From Deinococcales bacterium (GTDB lineage: Bacteria; Deinococcota; Deinococci; Deinococcales; JAAFIG01), in assembly GCA_043778225.1 (NCBI GenBank), contig JAYWGM010000015.1:55031-119030 (forward strand): a stretch of 64,000 nt of DNA, written 5' to 3'. Shown piece after piece: positions 59,907 through 64,000 of this stretch; position 1 is the first letter of the stretch, and every line of letters starts with the position of its first letter. The notes below the pieces were generated by a model. The model did no database searches, was not told the origin of the DNA, and saw only the letters and a program-made list of their open reading frames with translations. The position numbers were made by a program, and so were the translations under genes.

Positions 59907-61250
59907 ATGCCAACTACAAAAGCCGAAGTCTTAAAAACCCTAGAAGCTGAAAAAGTCCGCTTTCTCCGCCTTCAATTCACCGATGTGCTTGGCGTTGCCA
60001 AAAATGTCGAAGTTCCAGTCAATCAATTTGAAAAAGCCCTCGACGGTCAAATTATGTTTGACGGCAGCAGTATCGAAGGGTTTACTCGAGTCGAGGAATC
60101 CGATATGTTGCTGCACCCCGACCTCGAGACTTTTCGGGTCTATCCAGTTTTTAGCGAATCCGATGCCAAGCGTGGACGGGTGGCGCGAGTGATATGCGAT
60201 ATTGCCTTGCCCGACGGTAAACCCTTTGAAGGCGACCCGCGTTTTGCCTTAAAGCGAATGATCGAAAAAACCACCAAAGCTGGTTTTGATCGTGCTAATT
60301 TTGGACCCGAACTCGAGTTTTTCTTGTTTCAGCGCTCTGCCAATGACACCGCCACGACCATCACCCACGATGCGGCGGGTTACTTTGACCTTGCACCACT
60401 CGACAAAGGCGAGGAAGCGCGACGCGATATGGTCAATCATTTGCTCGACCTTGGCTTTGAGGTCGAGGCGGCTCACCACGAAGTTGCACCTGGACAACAT
60501 GAAATAGACTTTAAGTATGCCAACGCCCTCGAGACCGCCGATGCGATTTCAACTTTTAAGTTTGTGGTCAAGCGGGTCGCCTTGGCGCATAACCTCCATG
60601 CAACCTTTATGCCCAAACCTGTAGCGACCATGCCCGGAAGCGGTATGCACCTCCATTTAAGTTTATTTAAGGGTGAGCAGAACACTTTTCTTGACCCCAA
60701 AGGACAATTTCAACTCTCCAAAACCGCCCAGTTCTTTATTGGTGGACTGCTCGAACACGCGGCTGGCATGGTGGCGATTACCAACCCAATCATCAACAGT
60801 TATAAACGCCTTGTACCGGGTTTTGAAGCCCCGACCACGATTGCTTGGAGTGCTTCAAATCGCAGTGCGATGATTCGTGTTCCAGCCCGTCGCGGCGTTG
60901 GCACACGCACTGAGCTGCGGATTCCAGACCCAGCCGCCAACCCATACCTCGCATTTGCTGCGATTCTCGGTGCGGGGCTGCACGGTATTCAAGCCAAGCT
61001 CGAGCCACCGCCACCGATTCAGCGCAACATCTACGACATGAGTGTGCGTGACAAGCGTAAGCACAAAGTCAAAAATTTGCCAACCACGTTGCGCGAAGCC
61101 TTAAACGAACTCGAGTCTGATCGCACCATCCGTGATGCACTTGGCGACCATATCTACAGCCATTTTTTACACGCCAAGCGGGCTGAGTGGAAATTGTATG
61201 CAGCTACGGTTCACGAATGGGAACTGACGCGCTATCTCGAGATGCTTTGA
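59907..61250 (+). CDS. glnA: Glutamine synthetase type I
   Basis: FDGSSIEGF, ESDM.L.PD, GPELEFF, HHEVAPGQHEIDF, ATFMPKP, GSGMH.H, NSYKRLVPG, NRSA.IRVP, E.R.PD..ANPYL. Confidence 0.96.
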   Translation: MPTTKAEVLKTLEAEKVRFLRLQFTDVLGVAKNVEVPVNQFEKALDGQIMFDGSSIEGFTRVEESDMLLHPDLETFRVYPVFSESDAKRGRVARVICDIALPDGKPFEGDPRFALKRMIEKTTKAGFDRANFGPELEFFLFQRSANDTATTITHDAAGYFDLAPLDKGEEARRDMVNHLLDLGFEVEAAHHEVAPGQHEIDFKYANALETADAISTFKFVVKRVALAHNLHATFMPKPVATMPGSGMHLHLSLFKGEQNTFLDPKGQFQLSKTAQFFIGGLLEHAAGMVAITNPIINSYKRLVPGFEAPTTIAWSASNRSAMIRVPARRGVGTRTELRIPDPAANPYLAFAAILGAGLHGIQAKLEPPPPIQRNIYDMSVRDKRKHKVKNLPTTLREALNELESDRTIRDALGDHIYSHFLHAKRAEWKLYAATVHEWELTRYLEML

Positions 61251-61280
61251 GTCCTCATACCAAAGGCGTAAAATTCGGTT

Positions 61281-61877
61281 ATGGCTTTTACCGATTTTAC
61301 GCTCGATGTCGTGCTGGATAAATTTAATCTTCTACCAGACAGACTCGAGCTATTCTCTAAACTCGAGCCGATGCAACCTTCAGCTTGGTTACTCGAGACG
61401 CTAGAACGCTTTGAGCCAATGGCTTTTACTTCAGAAAAATCACGTTCAGAATTTATTATTGCTCCCATATTAGCCGAGGCTCGAAGCAACGCCAAGAACA
61501 TTTTTACAATTTACTCTGGACAGCGTTTAGATGCCGACTCGAGTTTGGGTTTGACGGGCGAGTGTGATTTTATTTTTGCAAAAAGCCCATCAGTATTTGC
61601 ACTTCGTGCGCCAATTGTTAGTGTACTGGAGGCTAAAAAACAAGATGTTGAAGTTGGGCTTGGGCAGTGTGTAGCACAACTGCTGGCTGCACGACACTTT
61701 AACCAGAAACACGACACCAATTTTCCAAGGTTGTATGGTTGTGTGACCACTGGTGAAATTTGGCAATTCTTGAGTCTTGAGGAAAATAAACTGATTTTAG
61801 ACACCAATCGTTATAGGCTCGATTCTCTACCCGAGATTTTAGGTATGTTTAAGCAAATTCTCGAGACCTATATCTGA
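61281..61877 (+). CDS. Hypothetical protein, restriction-endonuclease-like fold (paralog of 26057..26728)
   Basis: MAFTDF, SEKSRSEFIIAPIL, LTGECDF, LEAKK, GLGQCVAQL, YGCVTTGEIWQFL. Confidence 0.8.
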   Translation: MAFTDFTLDVVLDKFNLLPDRLELFSKLEPMQPSAWLLETLERFEPMAFTSEKSRSEFIIAPILAEARSNAKNIFTIYSGQRLDADSSLGLTGECDFIFAKSPSVFALRAPIVSVLEAKKQDVEVGLGQCVAQLLAARHFNQKHDTNFPRLYGCVTTGEIWQFLSLEENKLILDTNRYRLDSLPEILGMFKQILETYI

Positions 61878-61890
61878 AAAATTTAGTTTT

Positions 61891-62220
61891 TCATAAATGA
61901 CTGTTCAGCATAAAACCCAGAGCAAATCCAATTGCATTTTCTACCTCGAGTAATCGTTCAAATTTTAATTGGCAAACCAAACCATCTAAACGTTCTATCG
62001 GCACAGTCAGTAGATTATCGAAATTAACCGCACAAGGCTCGAGCATTCCGTCGTCTTGATCAAGATAAACCTCGCTGGGAATGTTGCGAATGTTGGTGGT
62101 GATGGGTGCGACGACTACGTTCTTTAGGAGTCCAAGTGCAGAATCTCGAGTCAGAATCAGTACGGGACGACGTTTATTGGGTGGTTCAAAAGTAAACCAG
62201 CGAATCTCACCGCGTCTCAC
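61891..62220 (-). CDS. mazF: PemK/MazF family toxin
   Basis: MRRGEI.W......KRRPVLIL.RD......VVVAPITT. Confidence 0.9.
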   Translation of the reverse strand: MRRGEIRWFTFEPPNKRRPVLILTRDSALGLLKNVVVAPITTNIRNIPSEVYLDQDDGMLEPCAVNFDNLLTVPIERLDGLVCQLKFERLLEVENAIGFALGFMLNSHL

Positions 62221-62462
62221 AAATCTAAGTCCATTGGTTGCGCTGCGATTAAATCTGAAAATTCGTCGTTTTCTGGAATTCGGGTATAGCCTTCATGGTG
62301 TTGTTGCTCGAGCAATGCAGTATTTTTTGGCATTTCTTGTCTGGCTAGATTCTCGAGTTGTTGTGAAACACTGCCAAGCCCACGAATCCGTCGGATACTT
62401 AGAAACTCGAGGACTTCTGGGGATATGTAAATTGTGGTTCGGCGTTTCTCAAGGGTTTGCAT
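62217..62462 (-). CDS. Antitoxin (RHH-like) partner of MazF
   Basis: KRRTTIYIS.E..E.L; 4-bp overlap with toxin; TATGAT 6 nt upstream of ATG. Confidence 0.75.
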   Translation of the reverse strand: MQTLEKRRTTIYISPEVLEFLSIRRIRGLGSVSQQLENLARQEMPKNTALLEQQHHEGYTRIPENDEFSDLIAAQPMDLDL

Positions 62463-62486
62463 AACAACATCATAACATAACAACAT

Positions 62487-62513
62487 AAAATCCCCTCGAG
62501 TCTCGAGGGGATT
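62487..62513 (-). terminator. groEL terminator
   Basis: AATCCCCTCGAG-T-CTCGAGGGGATT then TT on the minus strand, about 20 bp after the groEL stop. Confidence 0.75.
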
Positions 62514-62532
62514 GCTCTTGTGGGGTGATTGC

Positions 62533-63999
62533 TTAGAAGTCCATGTCTCCGCCCATACCGCCAGGTCCGCCGGCTGGTGCGTGGCTGTGTCCTTCTTTGC
62601 GTTCTGGTCGGTCTGCAACTATCGCTTCGGTGGTCAGGATTAAGCTGCCGATGCTGGCTGCGTTTTGTAGGGCAGTGCGGGTGACTTTGGCTGGGTCTAC
62701 AATCCCAAATGCCATCAGGTCGCCGTATTCGCCAGTCGCGGCGTTAAATCCGTAACCGCCTGTACCGCCGCTCACGATAGCATTGACAACAACGCTGCCT
62801 TCGTAACCTGCGTTAATTGCAATTTGACGGGCTGGTTCTTCCAAAGCACGCATCACGATTTTTGCACCAGTGGCTTCGTCGCCAGTTAATTTCTCGAAGA
62901 CTGCTTTGACGGCTGGGATAACGCGCAAGAGTGTCACGCCGCCGCCCGGTACCATACCCTCTTCAACGGCAGCCCGTGCAGTCGAGAGTGCATCTTCGTA
63001 GCGGTGCTTTTTCTCTTTGAGTTCAGTTTCGGTGGCCGCACCGACGCGGATCACGGCGACGCCGCCCGCGAGCTTGGCCAGACGCTCGTTGAGCTTCTCT
63101 TTGCTGTAGTCGCTGTCGGTCGTCTCGATCTCGCGCTTGATCGCGTTGATACGCGAGTCGATCTCGTCCTTCTTGCCCAGACCGTCGATGATCGTCGTTT
63201 CGTCCTTGGTGATGCGGACGCGCTTGGCGCGGCCCAGCATGCCCATCGTGGCGTTCTCGAGCTTGAAGCCGAGTTCTTCGGCGATCAGTTGTCCGCCGGT
63301 GACGGCGGCGATGTCCTTGAGCATCTCCTTGCGGCGATCCCCGAAGCCCGGCGCTTTGACGGCCGCGACGCTCAGCGTGCCGCGCAGCTTGTTGACGATC
63401 AATGTGGCCAGCGCTTCGCCTTCGACATCTTCGGCGATAATCAGCAGTGGCTTACCGCTCTGCGCGACTGGCTCGAGGACGGGCAGCAGGTCTTTGAGGG
63501 CAGTGATTTTCTTCTCGTTAATCAGGATGTATGGGTCTTCCAAGATCACTTCCATCGCGTCGTTGTTGTTGATGAAGTACGCGCTGACGTAACCCTTGTC
63601 AAACTGCATGCCTTCGACGACCTCGACCTCGGTCTCGAGGGTCTTGCTCTCCTCGATGCTGATGACGCCGTTCTGGTGTCCAACGCGCTCCATCGCGTCG
63701 GCGATCTGCTCGCCGATACTCGCGTCGTTGGCGCTGATGCTGGCGACCTCGTTGATGCCCTTGCGGTCATTGACGGGGACGCTCATGGCTTTGATGCTCT
63801 CGACAGCCGCTTCGACGGCTTTTTCGATGCCGCGCTTGAGCGCCAATGGGTTCGCACCCGCCACGACGTTACGCAGGCCCTCGCGGACGATCGCTTGACC
63901 CAACACCGTCGCGGTGGTCGTGCCGTCACCGGTGATGTCGTTGGTCTTGCTGGCAATCTCGATCAGCAGCTTCGCGCCGATGTTCTCGAGCTTGTCCTC
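62533..63999 (-). CDS. groL: Chaperonin GroEL (5' end beyond window)
   Basis: [71 protein letters not shown] tail. Confidence 0.98.
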   Translation of the reverse strand, partial: EDKLENIGAKLLIEIASKTNDITGDGTTTATVLGQAIVREGLRNVVAGANPLALKRGIEKAVEAAVESIKAMSVPVNDRKGINEVASISANDASIGEQIADAMERVGHQNGVISIEESKTLETEVEVVEGMQFDKGYVSAYFINNNDAMEVILEDPYILINEKKITALKDLLPVLEPVAQSGKPLLIIAEDVEGEALATLIVNKLRGTLSVAAVKAPGFGDRRKEMLKDIAAVTGGQLIAEELGFKLENATMGMLGRAKRVRITKDETTIIDGLGKKDEIDSRINAIKREIETTDSDYSKEKLNERLAKLAGGVAVIRVGAATETELKEKKHRYEDALSTARAAVEEGMVPGGGVTLLRVIPAVKAVFEKLTGDEATGAKIVMRALEEPARQIAINAGYEGSVVVNAIVSGGTGGYGFNAATGEYGDLMAFGIVDPAKVTRTALQNAASIGSLILTTEAIVADRPERKEGHSHAPAGGPGGMGGDMDF

Positions 64000-64000
64000 C

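Overview
Bacterial chromosomal window, most likely from a Deinococcota (Deinococcales-like) genome. This is inferred from the fused two-domain HspR, the GroEL/YchF sequence style, several Uma2 genes and many apparently leaderless starts. It opens with a type I restriction-modification locus (hsdM end, DUF1016/YhcG nuclease, hsdS, SIR2-like gene, hsdR). The DUF1016 gene is bracketed by a 28-bp direct repeat, and the SIR2-like gene is translationally coupled between hsdS and hsdR. The rest is mostly housekeeping/metabolic genes (GH42 beta-galactosidase, tsaB, bactofilin-M23, hspR, rseP, aroG, glpK, tgt, ychF, bcp, rpiA, P450, glnA, partial groEL) with three toxin-antitoxin pairs and several PD-(D/E)XK-type nucleases. 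The most striking candidate system is at 20170-23370: a TPR + DNA-binding/BTAD regulator, co-transcribed with a pseudo-receiver HD-GYP phosphodiesterase, faces a 36-aa secreted propeptide (predicted mature TFGGNIPPEVCSKC). This is an RRNPP-like peptide-communication layout with a non-RRNPP receptor. Other notable signals: a Phe/Tyr leader-peptide attenuator on aroG, a 39-bp in-frame palindromic insertion in a gene, two copies of a 111-bp REP-containing element, very strong CTCGAG over-representation, GATC avoidance, and a compositional break inside groEL. No rRNA, tRNA, CRISPR array or transposase was recognised. All calls are by eye, with no database searches.
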